Program-made: the position numbers and the translations under genes
Notes under the pieces: model-generated
Told to the model about the DNA's origin: nothing
The model's input: only the letters and a program-made list of their open reading frames with translations
Database searches by the model: none
Origin: Candidatus Omnitrophota bacterium
GTDB lineage: Bacteria; Omnitrophota; Gorgyraeia; B26-G9
DNA length: 64,000 nt
NCBI GenBank assembly: GCA_043826565.1
Contig: JBDRPX010000037.1
Coordinates: 5,669 to 69,668 of the forward strand
Direction of reading: 5' to 3'
In this document: positions 26,993 through 37,018 of the stretch, one piece after another
Numbering within the stretch: position 1 is the stretch's first letter
Layout: the number at the start of each line of letters is the position of its first letter

Positions 26993-28045
26993 ATGTCCAT
27001 AGATATTGAAGCAAGAAGAGAGAAAATATTAAGAGTAATTATTAATACCTATATTAATTCCGGTAATCCGGTGAGCTCGCGTACGGTAAGTTCTCGTTCC
27101 CGGTTGGGGCTTTGTTCAGCTTCGGTACGTAATGTAATGGCGGATCTTGAGGAAATGGGATTAATTACTCATTTACATACTTCTGCGGGAAGAGTTCCCA
27201 CGGATCGGGGGTATCGTTTTTATGTGGATAGGCTGTTAGAACATTCCGGGCTTACGAAACAGGAAGAATCGGATATTCGCCGGGAAATAATCGCCCGGCA
27301 TTTAGTGCTCGAGGAAGTTATATCTAAAACAACAAAAGTATTGTCGGATTTTACTAAATACACCGGAGTTGTTTCTCAGCCGGTGACAACGAAAAGTTAT
27401 TTTAAACAGATACATTTTACTCTCTTGGGAGAGGGTAGAATTTGTGTGACGGTAGTGGCTAATACCGGCGCGGCTAAAAGTTCGGTTGTATCTTTGAATT
27501 TTGATATTGGAAAAGATCAATTAAAAAGAATTGAGAATTTTTTAAATGTTCAGCTTGAAAGTACTCCTTTAAGTAAGATTAAAACAAAACTGCGCCGGCT
27601 GATGATCCAGGAAAGAGACTCGCTTTTTTATTTGCTAGAGCAGGCCGCGGTCCTGATCGAGATGAGTTTGCCGGCAAATGAAAATACCCGGGTGTATTTT
27701 GAAGGGATAAGCAATATTTTGAGTTTTCCGGAATTTTCCGATTCAACAATAATGCGTTCACTTTTTTCCACACTTGATGAAAAAAGCACAGTAGCGGAAT
27801 TGGTTCAGGAGATTGTTGATGAAGAATTCGGAGATAAAAAGGTTAAGATTTTTATCGGCGGCGAAAATCCGCACAGTGAGATGAATAATTGTACGATCAT
27901 ATTAAGCAGGTATCGTATTGATGATGAGACTGTAGGCGGATTGGGAATTATCGGGCCCAAGCGTATGAATTACGGCAGAACTATCGCCGCGGTAGAATAT
28001 GCTTCGGATATGTTAAGTAACTTGTTAACACAATTAAATATTTAA
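26993..28045 (+). CDS. hrcA: Heat-inducible transcription repressor HrcA
   Basis: PVSSR, SASVRNVMADLEEMG, HTSAGRVPTDRGYRFYVD, IIGPKRMNY. Confidence 0.95.
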   Translation: MSIDIEARREKILRVIINTYINSGNPVSSRTVSSRSRLGLCSASVRNVMADLEEMGLITHLHTSAGRVPTDRGYRFYVDRLLEHSGLTKQEESDIRREIIARHLVLEEVISKTTKVLSDFTKYTGVVSQPVTTKSYFKQIHFTLLGEGRICVTVVANTGAAKSSVVSLNFDIGKDQLKRIENFLNVQLESTPLSKIKTKLRRLMIQERDSLFYLLEQAAVLIEMSLPANENTRVYFEGISNILSFPEFSDSTIMRSLFSTLDEKSTVAELVQEIVDEEFGDKKVKIFIGGENPHSEMNNCTIILSRYRIDDETVGGLGIIGPKRMNYGRTIAAVEYASDMLSNLLTQLNI

Positions 28046-28171
28046 TGAGCGCGGTATTTAGAGAACGTAGCAAACTAAATGATATGCGCGAATTAAACCC
28101 TGTACCGAAGGAGCATTGTGTAATAATGCGAGTTCTGGTATCGGGGGTAAGATAATCAGAGGACAATAAAC

Positions 28172-28750
28172 GTGAAAAAACACAATAAACAGCAACAAGA
28201 AAAAGAAGAAATTCAGCCGGAAAATATAATTGATGAGCAGGGATCCTTAGATGTCCCGGCAGCGGCAATGGTTACTATTTCTGAGAAAGAATTCCGGGAA
28301 TTGAAAGCCAGGGAAACCGAAGTCAACGAACGTATGGCTCGGGCGCAGGCTGATTTTGATAATGCGCGTAAACGGCTGGAACGGGATAAACTTGAATTTT
28401 TGAAATTTTCCGATGAGAAAATAATCGGAGAACTGATTCCGTTTATTGATGATTTTCAGCGTGCTTTTGCCGCGGCGGATAAAACAAAAGACTTTGAGGT
28501 TCTTCATAAAGGAGTGGAAATGATCCTGAATCATTTACTTGAACTTTTGAAGAAAAAAGGGATCATGTCAATTGAAGCACAGGGAAAACCATTTGATCCG
28601 GCTTATCATGAAGCATTGATGCAGGTTGAATCTGATGAATATCCGGAGGATACGGTTGTTGAGGAATTAGAAAAAGGATATTTATTAAATAATAAAGTAC
28701 TGCGTACAGCAAAAGTGAAGGTGTCTAAACCTTCGGGGAATAACGAATAA
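28172..28750 (+). CDS. grpE: Nucleotide exchange factor GrpE
   Basis: [34 protein letters not shown]; operon context. Confidence 0.95.
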   Translation: MKKHNKQQQEKEEIQPENIIDEQGSLDVPAAAMVTISEKEFRELKARETEVNERMARAQADFDNARKRLERDKLEFLKFSDEKIIGELIPFIDDFQRAFAAADKTKDFEVLHKGVEMILNHLLELLKKKGIMSIEAQGKPFDPAYHEALMQVESDEYPEDTVVEELEKGYLLNNKVLRTAKVKVSKPSGNNE

Positions 28751-28778
28751 CCTTAATATTAACGAGGAGGTAAATATC

Positions 28779-30659
28779 ATGGCAAAAGTAATTGGAATTG
28801 ATTTAGGGACTTCAAATTCAGCAGCCTCTGTTTTAGAAGGCGGCAGACCGGTGATTATTCCTTCCGCTGAAGGGACTACGGTCGGCGGCGGAAAAGCATT
28901 TCCGTCATATGTCGCGTTTACTAAAGACGGACAAAGGCTTGTGGGAGAACCGGCACGTCGGCAGGCAGCGATTAATCCGCTGGGAACGATTGTTGCGGCA
29001 AAAAGAAAAATGGGAATGGATTATAAATTCTCGGCTCATGGACAGGAATATACTCCGCAGCAGATCTCCGCGTTTATCCTACAGAAGATTAAGCAGGATG
29101 CCGAGGCGTATTTGGGAGATAAGGTTGAAGAAGTAGTTATTACGGTTCCGGCGTATTTCGATGATAATCAAAGAACCGCAACTATCGATGCCGGAGAAAT
29201 TGCCGGATTGAAGGTTTTACGACTTATTAATGAACCTACGGCAGCGTGTCTGGCTTATGGTTTGGATAAATCCGGGGCTGAGCAGAAGATCATGGTATTT
29301 GATTTAGGCGGAGGAACACTTGATGTTACGGTTATGGAAATGGCCGAAGGAGTGTTTGAGGTCAAGTCTACACACGGTGATACTCAGCTGGGTGGTACAG
29401 ACATGGATAATGCTGTGCTTGATTATATTGCTGAGGAGTTTAAGAAAACAGACGGAATTGATATTCGTAAGGATAAGATGGCGATGCAGCGTTTAAGAGA
29501 AGCCGCGGAAAAAGCAAAGATCGAGCTTTCCAGTACGCTGACTACGGATATTAATCTGCCGTTTATTACTGCGGATGCAACCGGTCCGAAGCATCTTACG
29601 ATGAATATTAACCGGGCAAAACTTGAAGAATTGATCTCGCCGATTATTGACCGCTGCCGGGGTCCGCTGGAATCAGCGATCAGTGATGCGAAACTTTCTC
29701 CGAAAGATGTTGACCGGGTTATTATGGTTGGCGGACCGACCCGTATGCCGATTGTTCAGAAATTTGTCGAAGATTTTATCGGTAAAAAAATTGAGCGCGG
29801 TGTAGATCCGATGGAATGTGTTTCTATGGGCGCGGCAATTCAGGCCGGAATTATTAAAGGAGACGTAAAAGATGTATTATTGCTGGATGTTACGCCGCTT
29901 TCTTTAGGAATTGAAACATTAGGAAGTGTCTGTACAAAACTTATCGAACGCAATACTACAGTACCGACGAAAAAAAGCCAGACATTTTCCACGGCTGCGG
30001 ATAATCAGTCAGCAGTAACCATCCGTGTTTTACAGGGTGAACGCCAGATGGCTAATGATAATGTTGAGTTGGGACAGTTTAATTTAGAAGGTATTCCTCC
30101 GGCTCCGCGCGGGATTCCGCAAATTGAAGTAAGTTTTGATATTGATGCTAATGGGATTGTGCATGTTTCCGCAAAAGATCTGGGTACCGGGAAAGAGCAG
30201 TCAATCCGGATTACCGCTCCGAAGAAACTTTCTAAAGAAGAGATTGACAGAATGGTTAAAGATGCTGAGCAGTTTGCTGAAGCTGATGCCAAGAGAAAAG
30301 AAGAAGTGGAATCGCGTAATCAGGCGGAGCAGCTTGTTTATGCTACGGAAAAATCTCTGAAAGATTACGGAGATAAGGTAAGTGCTCCGGAAAAAGAAGC
30401 TATTGAAAAGAAATCCGCGGCGCTTAAAGAAGCATTAAAGGGTACAGATATTGAAAAGATAAAAAAATCAACCGAAGAACTAACCCAGGCTTCCCATAAG
30501 CTTGCCGAAGCGGTATATAAAGCGCAAGCACAGCAGCAGCAGGCTGCGGCCGGCGGGCAGGCACAGCAGCAGACTCAGGGACAACAGCAGTCCCAGGAAG
30601 AAACTAAAAAACCGGAGGATGTTGTTGACGCTGAATATAAAGTAGAGGATGATAAATAA
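28779..30659 (+). CDS. dnaK: Chaperone DnaK (Hsp70)
   Basis: [46 protein letters not shown]. Confidence 0.98.
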   Translation: MAKVIGIDLGTSNSAASVLEGGRPVIIPSAEGTTVGGGKAFPSYVAFTKDGQRLVGEPARRQAAINPLGTIVAAKRKMGMDYKFSAHGQEYTPQQISAFILQKIKQDAEAYLGDKVEEVVITVPAYFDDNQRTATIDAGEIAGLKVLRLINEPTAACLAYGLDKSGAEQKIMVFDLGGGTLDVTVMEMAEGVFEVKSTHGDTQLGGTDMDNAVLDYIAEEFKKTDGIDIRKDKMAMQRLREAAEKAKIELSSTLTTDINLPFITADATGPKHLTMNINRAKLEELISPIIDRCRGPLESAISDAKLSPKDVDRVIMVGGPTRMPIVQKFVEDFIGKKIERGVDPMECVSMGAAIQAGIIKGDVKDVLLLDVTPLSLGIETLGSVCTKLIERNTTVPTKKSQTFSTAADNQSAVTIRVLQGERQMANDNVELGQFNLEGIPPAPRGIPQIEVSFDIDANGIVHVSAKDLGTGKEQSIRITAPKKLSKEEIDRMVKDAEQFAEADAKRKEEVESRNQAEQLVYATEKSLKDYGDKVSAPEKEAIEKKSAALKEALKGTDIEKIKKSTEELTQASHKLAEAVYKAQAQQQQAAAGGQAQQQTQGQQQSQEETKKPEDVVDAEYKVEDDK

Positions 30660-30743
30660 ATAACTAACTAAATAAGAAGTAGCGAGTAGAGAGTAGCAGG
30701 TAGAGAGAGAAAGCCTGCTACTCACTGCTTTTTTAGGAGAAAT

Positions 30744-31877
30744 ATGTCGACAAAACGTGATTATTACGAAATATTAGGTGTTAGCAAAGAATCCTCTATT
30801 GATGAAATAAAAAAATCCTATCGCCAGCTGGCGATGAAATATCATCCTGATCGTGTGACTTCGGATAAACGCAAGGAAGCGGAAGCGCAGTTTAAGGAGA
30901 TATCTGAAGCGTACGCGGTATTATCTGATCAGAATAAGCGTTCTCAATATAACCAGTTCGGACATGCCGGGATTGACGGCCGGTACTCTTCTGAAGATAT
31001 ATTCCGGGGTGCGGATTTTAGTTCAATTTTTGAGGATTTTGGTTTTGGCGATGTTTTTTCCAGTTTTGGTTTTGGCGGCGGAACGCGGCGAAGCCGTGGC
31101 GGTTCCCGGCGCGGCGCAGACCTTGAGCATTCACTGACACTTACTTTTGAAGAAACAGCTTCCGGTGTAGAAAAAACTATTTCCATAAGACGCAGAGAAA
31201 TATGCAGCACCTGTAATGGAGAAGGTGCTAAGCCGGGCACGAAGAAAGTAACTTGTCAGACATGTCAGGGGCAGGGACAGGTCGGGCAGTCTGCGGGCTT
31301 TTTTACTATCGCCAGAACCTGCGATCGTTGCCAGGGGCAAGGCCAGATAATCGAGACACCGTGTAAAGATTGTCAGGGGGCCGGCATGGTTGCTACACCC
31401 CGAAAAATACAGGTTAAAATTCCTGCGGGAGTTGATTCCGGGGCGCATCTTCGTGTTCGCGGAGAAGGTGAAGCCGGAACAAAAGGCGGGCCGCGCGGTG
31501 ATCTGTATGTGGTTATCCGGCTTAAACAGCATGATCTTTTTGAACGCCATAATAATGATGTGTATTGTAAAATGCCGGTTAGTTTTGTTACCGCGGCATT
31601 AGGGGGAGAAATTGAAGTTCCCACGATATATAAGGAAACTGTGCGGATGAAAATACCGGCGGGAACGCAAAGTAATAAAATGTTTAGATTGAGCGGTAAA
31701 GGATTTCCGGATTTGCGCGGGCATGGCAAAGGCGATGCTTATGTTGTTGTGCATGTTGCCGTACCGGTTAATCTTACCGGAGCGCAGAAAAAGTTACTGC
31801 AGGAATTTGCTAAAATTAGCGGTGAAGATGGAAACCATAAATCTTTTAAAGAAAAAATAAAGAAAGCTTTTAAATGA
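30744..31877 (+). CDS. dnaJ: Chaperone DnaJ
   Basis: J-domain HPD, G/F-rich region, four CxxCxGxG repeats. Confidence 0.98.
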   Translation: MSTKRDYYEILGVSKESSIDEIKKSYRQLAMKYHPDRVTSDKRKEAEAQFKEISEAYAVLSDQNKRSQYNQFGHAGIDGRYSSEDIFRGADFSSIFEDFGFGDVFSSFGFGGGTRRSRGGSRRGADLEHSLTLTFEETASGVEKTISIRRREICSTCNGEGAKPGTKKVTCQTCQGQGQVGQSAGFFTIARTCDRCQGQGQIIETPCKDCQGAGMVATPRKIQVKIPAGVDSGAHLRVRGEGEAGTKGGPRGDLYVVIRLKQHDLFERHNNDVYCKMPVSFVTAALGGEIEVPTIYKETVRMKIPAGTQSNKMFRLSGKGFPDLRGHGKGDAYVVVHVAVPVNLTGAQKKLLQEFAKISGEDGNHKSFKEKIKKAFK

Positions 31878-31896
31878 CGACATTGGTTATGGAGTA

Positions 31897-32025
31897 TTGC
31901 GAACATAACCGATAAGTCGGAATTTATCCCGCCCTTTGGGTGGGAGTTGATAATTTAATAGGTTTGCCCAAAGGGCGGGATTTAATTCGCAGACGGATAA
32001 ATTCCTATGATTTTCATGTTTGCAA
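31897..32025. repeat. Nested inverted-repeat (MITE/REP-like) element
   Basis: TTGCGAACAT/ATGTTTGCAA, GGAATTTATCC/GGATAAATTCC, TCCCGCCCTTTGGG/CCCAAAGGGCGGGA. Confidence 0.65.
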
Positions 32026-32053
32026 ATCATCTGCTCATTAAAGGAGGGAAGAA

Positions 32054-32395
32054 GTGCCTACATATGATTATAACTGTCCGAAATGCGGAACGTTTGAGTT
32101 ATGGCAAAAAATGACGGACAAGGTTTTAACTAAGTGTCCGGAATGCGGCTCAAAAAAGATTCGCCGGCTGATTGGTTCCGGAATAGGAGTTATTTTTAAG
32201 GGCTCCGGGTTTTACGAGACTGATTATAAGAGAAAAGACTGGCCGTCTGAGAAAAAAACAGAATCGAAAGATACTCCGAAAACTGAAAAAAAACCAGAAG
32301 CAAAAACAGAGTCTAAAGCGGAAAATAAAACATCAGATACTTCCAAAAGTACGGAAAAGAAAACGGAAAAGAAAACGGAAAAGAAAAAGAAATGA
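32054..32395 (+). CDS. FmdB-family zinc-ribbon protein with K/E-rich tail
   Basis: MPTYDYNCPKCG...CPECG...FKGSGFYETDY. Confidence 0.9.
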   Translation: MPTYDYNCPKCGTFELWQKMTDKVLTKCPECGSKKIRRLIGSGIGVIFKGSGFYETDYKRKDWPSEKKTESKDTPKTEKKPEAKTESKAENKTSDTSKSTEKKTEKKTEKKKK

Positions 32396-32748
32396 TAATC
32401 CCATTTATAAAATATTGGCTGCCGGTAGGAATATGGGCAGTAATTATTTTCACCTTATCTTCTTTTTCGTCATTTCCCGATCCGGTTGCTCCGCTTGGTG
32501 ACTATAGTAATATTTGGCATTTAGCAGAATATGCGATATTGAGTTTTCTGCTGGCCCGGGCATTAAAAAACTCAAAACAAGAAACTTTAAGTCAAAAATT
32601 TCGTATTTTAGCGTTTGTCCTGGCGGTTTTTTATGGGATTTCCGATGAGTTTCATCAGTATTTTGTTCCATTGCGTTGTGTTTCGGTTTTGGATTTAGCT
32701 TTTGATGCCGTCGGGGCTTTTATCGGACAAATGATTTATAGAACTTAA
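32392..32748 (+). CDS. VanZ-family membrane protein
   Basis: HLAEYAIL, YGISDEFHQYFVPLR, DLAFDAVG. Confidence 0.88.
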   Translation: MIIPFIKYWLPVGIWAVIIFTLSSFSSFPDPVAPLGDYSNIWHLAEYAILSFLLARALKNSKQETLSQKFRILAFVLAVFYGISDEFHQYFVPLRCVSVLDLAFDAVGAFIGQMIYRT

Positions 32749-32777
32749 CCTTTTTACAAATAAAGGAGTAATTTGAG

Positions 32778-34049
32778 ATGGCTGATATTTTTCCGTTTCA
32801 CGGTTTGCGGTATAATGATAAAAAAGTAAAAAACACAAACAAGGTTTTTGCTCCGCCTTATGATGTGATTTCAGAAAAAGAACAGGATAAACTTTATTCT
32901 GAGCATCCGCATAATGTGATCCGGCTGATTTTGGGTAAACAATCCGCTAAAGATACCGCTAAGGATAATCGCTATACCAGAGCGGCATCATGCTTCTCTA
33001 AGTGGATTGATGATGAAATTATGGTTCTCGACGAGAAACCATCCATATATGTATATGTGCAGGATTATGTGACCGTAGAAGGGGTGGCGAAGCAAAGAAT
33101 AGGCTTTTTTGCCCGGATGAAGTTTGATGATAAAGAGGAAGGATGTTTGCCGCATGAGCTGACCCTGGCAAAACCTAAAGTTGACAGGCTGAAGCTGATG
33201 CGGGCAGTGCAGGCAAACCTAAGCCCGATTTTTTCTTTTTATCTTGATCCTAAAAATGCTGTAGAGGCGGTATTAAAGCCGTATATAAAGAAAAAAGCGA
33301 TCATTGATTTTAAGGACAAAGAAAATATTCGTCATCGTTTTTGGCAAATTGACGATCCGAAGGCAATTCAAAAGGTAAGAAAACTTATGCGTGCTAAGAG
33401 AATTTTTATTGCCGATGGCCATCACCGGTATGAAGTATCGCGTACTTATCGGGATGAGATGATTGCCAAAGGAAACACCGCGATTGACGGATATAACTAT
33501 TGCATGATATATTTTACCGGATTTAATGAAGAAAATTTAAGTGTTTTACCGACACATCGTTTAGTGAAAGGAATCACAAATATCGATGATAAAATTAAAG
33601 ACATTGAAGAATATTTTGAAAAGAAAAAATGCAAAAATCTCAGTGAGATGCTTTCTCGTCAGAGTAAATCAAAGGGATTTACTTTAGGAATGTATTATCA
33701 GGGTGGTTTTTATACCTTAGCTATGAAGAGCAAGGCTCTGCTTAATAATTTAATGAAAGATGCTCCGGAACAGTGGAGAAATCTTGATGTGGCAATGTTA
33801 AATAAAGTAGTGTTTGAGCATATATTTAAATTGAATGAGAAACAGAAGGAAGAAAAAATAAGCTATACCCGGGATCCGGAGTTTGCGGTAACTGCGGTTA
33901 AGAAAAAACTTGCCGATGTATCATTCTTTCCCAATACAACAAAACCCGAGCAGGTGAGAAAGATCGCGTCCAGCGGACATAGGATGCCTCAGAAATCGAC
34001 TTATTTTTATCCAAAGCCGATTACCGGGTTAGTGATACATAAATTTTAA
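32778..34049 (+). CDS. DUF1015 family protein
   Basis: APPYDVI, PHELT, IADGHHRYE, PTHRL, MPQKSTYFYPK. Confidence 0.9.
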   Translation: MADIFPFHGLRYNDKKVKNTNKVFAPPYDVISEKEQDKLYSEHPHNVIRLILGKQSAKDTAKDNRYTRAASCFSKWIDDEIMVLDEKPSIYVYVQDYVTVEGVAKQRIGFFARMKFDDKEEGCLPHELTLAKPKVDRLKLMRAVQANLSPIFSFYLDPKNAVEAVLKPYIKKKAIIDFKDKENIRHRFWQIDDPKAIQKVRKLMRAKRIFIADGHHRYEVSRTYRDEMIAKGNTAIDGYNYCMIYFTGFNEENLSVLPTHRLVKGITNIDDKIKDIEEYFEKKKCKNLSEMLSRQSKSKGFTLGMYYQGGFYTLAMKSKALLNNLMKDAPEQWRNLDVAMLNKVVFEHIFKLNEKQKEEKISYTRDPEFAVTAVKKKLADVSFFPNTTKPEQVRKIASSGHRMPQKSTYFYPKPITGLVIHKF

Positions 34050-34166
34050 ATCAAAAATCAAAAGGCAAAAGTCAAAATTACAAGTTACAAATCAAAATTA
34101 TTAAAAACTAAAAAAACAAAAGGCTTTAGAATTTTTTAAGTTTGAGTTAACTATAAGGTATTAAAA

Positions 34167-34745
34167 ATGAAGAAAACAAAAGAAATGCTGGATCTTTTCG
34201 CGGAAACCGGGCTTTTAAAACGGGTTAAAAGAAGCGGCTGGTGGGTTATTGGAATTAAAGACCCGGAAACTGTTGCTGAGCATTGTTATCGCTGCGCGGT
34301 GATCGGATATGTGATGGCTAAGTTGGAAAAGGCTAATGTCCATGAAACAACTATGATGTGTCTTTTTAATGATCTGCACGAAGCCAGGATTAATGATCAT
34401 CATAAAGTAACTATCCGCTATATAAACCATAAAGAAGCCGAGGATAAAGCGTTTAAAGAACAGGTACAGTCTTTGCCCAAGGTTCTAAAGGATGAGATGT
34501 GGGGATGGCGCACGGAATACACGGGTCAAAAAACCAAAGAAAGTATTATTGCCCGGGACGCGGATATATTAGAATGCCTTTTACAGGCAAAGGAATATTA
34601 TGAACAAGGTGTGCCTCAGGCCAAGCTGTTCTTTCAGAAGGCCCCGAAGTTTTTAAAGACAAAAACCGCCAAAAAATTCTGGAAAGAAATTAAAACCTGG
34701 AAAAGCAGTGATTGGTGGCAGAAGGTGTGTAGTTTTGAGAGATAA
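34167..34745 (+). CDS. HD-domain phosphohydrolase (YfbR/HDDC2-like)
   Basis: LKRVKRSGW, ETVAEH, NDLHEAR, DADILE. Confidence 0.85.
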   Translation: MKKTKEMLDLFAETGLLKRVKRSGWWVIGIKDPETVAEHCYRCAVIGYVMAKLEKANVHETTMMCLFNDLHEARINDHHKVTIRYINHKEAEDKAFKEQVQSLPKVLKDEMWGWRTEYTGQKTKESIIARDADILECLLQAKEYYEQGVPQAKLFFQKAPKFLKTKTAKKFWKEIKTWKSSDWWQKVCSFER

Positions 34746-34901
34746 AATTAAATCAAAAGTCAAAGGTCAAAAGTCAAAAATGCAACTCAAAATTAAAAAG
34801 TGAGATGTGTTTTTTGCTTATTCTGGTGAAAGTAATTTTGCTTTTTGAATTTTGACTTTAGAAGATTATGTTGAATATTCTTAAGAAAGGAGCTTCAAAA
34901 A

Positions 34902-35378
34902 ATGGCTGCAGGAGATGTTTTTTTAACACGCGAAGGATATGAAAAGCTAAAAAAAGAATACGAAAATTTAAAGAAGGTCAAGCGTCCGGAGATATCACTG
35001 GCCATAGAAAAAGCCCGGGAACTCGGTGATTTAAAAGAAAACGCGGAATATCACGCGGCCAAAGAAGCCATGGCCTATAGTGAAAAGAGAATTGCGGAGC
35101 TGGAAGATTTAATCAGCCGCGGCCGGATAATAGATGATGAAAATATAGATAAAGATAAAGTTTTGCTTGGAGCTACGGTGAAAATTCGTGATGCCAGCGA
35201 TGAGGAGATAGAGACCTATACACTGGTATCGGAAGCAGAAGCAGATTTTAGTATAAATAAAATTTCGATTACTTCTCCTCTGGGGCAGGGCATGCTTGGC
35301 CATAAAAAAGGTGACGTTATCCAGGTTAAGATTCCGGCGGGTGTAATGACGATTGAGATACTGGAAATAACAAGATAA
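34902..35378 (+). CDS. greA: Transcription elongation factor GreA
   Basis: LTREGY, GDLKENAEYHAAKE, ISITSPLG. Confidence 0.96.
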   Translation: MAAGDVFLTREGYEKLKKEYENLKKVKRPEISLAIEKARELGDLKENAEYHAAKEAMAYSEKRIAELEDLISRGRIIDDENIDKDKVLLGATVKIRDASDEEIETYTLVSEAEADFSINKISITSPLGQGMLGHKKGDVIQVKIPAGVMTIEILEITR

Positions 35379-35413
35379 GAAACAAATTCAAAAATCAAAA
35401 GTCAAAATTCAAA

Positions 35414-36463
35414 ATGACAAATCAAAAATCAAAAATAATAAAAAATTATCCTGTAGGGGCGGGCCTTGCGTCCGTCCGGGACAAAAAGAATATTAGAGCG
35501 CTTGGACTTTTATCCGGCGGCCTTGATAGTATCCTGGCGGTTAAGGTTTTACAACAGCAGGGAATTGAAGTTACCGGCCTTTCCTTTACTACCCCGTTTT
35601 TTGGGTCAGCTGCAGCGGAAAAAGCTGCCGAGGCTTTAGGTATTGAACTTTTAATCGAGGATATCACCGAAGAGCATTTTGAGATGGTTAAAAATCCTCC
35701 CCATGGATATGGTAAAACAATGAATCCTTGTATTGATTGCCATGCAATGATGGTTAATGCAGCCGGGAAAATAATGAAGGATAAAGGGTTTGATTTCATT
35801 TTTACCGGAGAAGTTCTTGATGAACGGCCAATGTCTCAGAATAGAGGTTCCTTAGAAGTAGTTGCCAAAACATCAGGATATAAAGGATATCTTCTCCGGC
35901 CCTTAAGTGCAAAATTACTTAATCCGATTATTCCCGAGCAGAATGGGTTGATTGATCGCGATAAATTATTAGATCTCCGGGGACGCTCCCGAAAAAGACA
36001 GTTTGCTTTGGCCGAGGAATTTAACGTTACTGAATATCCTAATCCTGCCGGAGGCTGTCTGCTTACTGACCGCGGTTTTTCCCAAAGGCTTAAGGAATTA
36101 CTTTCGAAGGAGGAAAATCCCAGTATAAAAGATGTGCGCATGTTAAGAGCTGGCCGGCATTTTAGATTTTCCGATACCGTTAAATTATTAGTCGGCAGGG
36201 ATGAAAAAGATAATAAAAGACTTGAGGATCTTTATGATGGGTCGGACTATATTATGGACGCGGGGGATATTCCGGGGCCCATATGCGTATTAACAGGAAT
36301 TGATGCTCAGCTTTTTCTGAATAAAGCCGCGGCTATCTGTGCTTCTTATAGTGATATTGATGAAGGCTCGGAGTGTTTAATTATGGTAAGAAGAGGGGAA
36401 CACAAACAGCAGATAAAAGTTATTGCCTGCAAAGATGCCAGAGATCAAGTACCGATGCTCTGA
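35414..36463 (+). CDS. PP-loop tRNA thiouridylase-like protein (ThiI/MnmA-like, DUF814-type)
   Basis: LSGGLDS, NPCIDCH, TGEVLDERPMSQ, LLRPLSAK, PAGGCLLTD, GRHFR. Confidence 0.85.
   Translation: MTNQKSKIIKNYPVGAGLASVRDKKNIRALGLLSGGLDSILAVKVLQQQGIEVTGLSFTTPFFGSAAAEKAAEALGIELLIEDITEEHFEMVKNPPHGYGKTMNPCIDCHAMMVNAAGKIMKDKGFDFIFTGEVLDERPMSQNRGSLEVVAKTSGYKGYLLRPLSAKLLNPIIPEQNGLIDRDKLLDLRGRSRKRQFALAEEFNVTEYPNPAGGCLLTDRGFSQRLKELLSKEENPSIKDVRMLRAGRHFRFSDTVKLLVGRDEKDNKRLEDLYDGSDYIMDAGDIPGPICVLTGIDAQLFLNKAAAICASYSDIDEGSECLIMVRRGEHKQQIKVIACKDARDQVPML
35453..35478 (+). repeat. GTAG-type REP-like palindrome
   Basis: GTAG-GGGCGGGC-CTTGC-GTCCGTCC; related copy at 46056. Confidence 0.65.
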
Positions 36464-36485
36464 TAATTTTTAGTCAAATAAATAA

Positions 36486-36526
36486 AAACCCGGACAGCAT
36501 ATGAAATGCTGCCCGGGTTTAAGTTT
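36486..36526. terminator. Bidirectional intrinsic terminator
   Basis: AAACCCGGACAGCAT/ATGCTGCCCGGGTTT stem between convergent genes, with A/T tails. Confidence 0.8.
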
Positions 36527-36535
36527 TGTTTTTAA

Positions 36536-36883
36536 TTATAGATCTTCAGAATCCGGTTCAGATGGCGGCGGCGCGTATAATTCCGGAAACGCCTGTAAAT
36601 CATCTTTGTTCCCCCACTGAGATACTTTATTGTTTAGGAAATATATCTGATAAGTTGCTTTTGTTTTCTTGTCATAATATTCCCAAAGATCGAGCATATC
36701 ACCCTGGCCGTTTACTTTTGAAGCTTTAGCAACAAAACTATCGCCGAAAAGCGCCCGGACATCATCTTTGTGCATATTAATACTGAGCCTGTTCATCTTG
36801 GCGAGCAAATTAGCGCACCCGGTAAGACTTACGGCAATAATTACTGCTAGTACCGCAACGAGAATTCTATTCTGTTTAACCAT
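36536..36883 (-). CDS. Lipoprotein, SmpA/BamE-like fold
   Basis: Lipobox LTGC, SD AGGGAGG, LSINMHKDDVRALFG...LWEY...IYFLNNKVSQW. Confidence 0.75.
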   Translation of the reverse strand: MVKQNRILVAVLAVIIAVSLTGCANLLAKMNRLSINMHKDDVRALFGDSFVAKASKVNGQGDMLDLWEYYDKKTKATYQIYFLNNKVSQWGNKDDLQAFPELYAPPPSEPDSEDL

Positions 36884-37018
36884 TTCCCCTCCCTAAGTTA
36901 AGGATTAATAATATATTGCTGTAGATATATATTACTAAATTATTTAATTTTGTCAAGTGAATGAATTAAGAAGTTTGCTTAATTGACAAAACATGATGAT
37001 AGGATTAAACTAAAGTAC

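Noticed and set aside
30520-30600. Q/A-rich DnaK tail and K/E-rich FmdB tail
   Set aside because: Ordinary low-complexity tails for these families.
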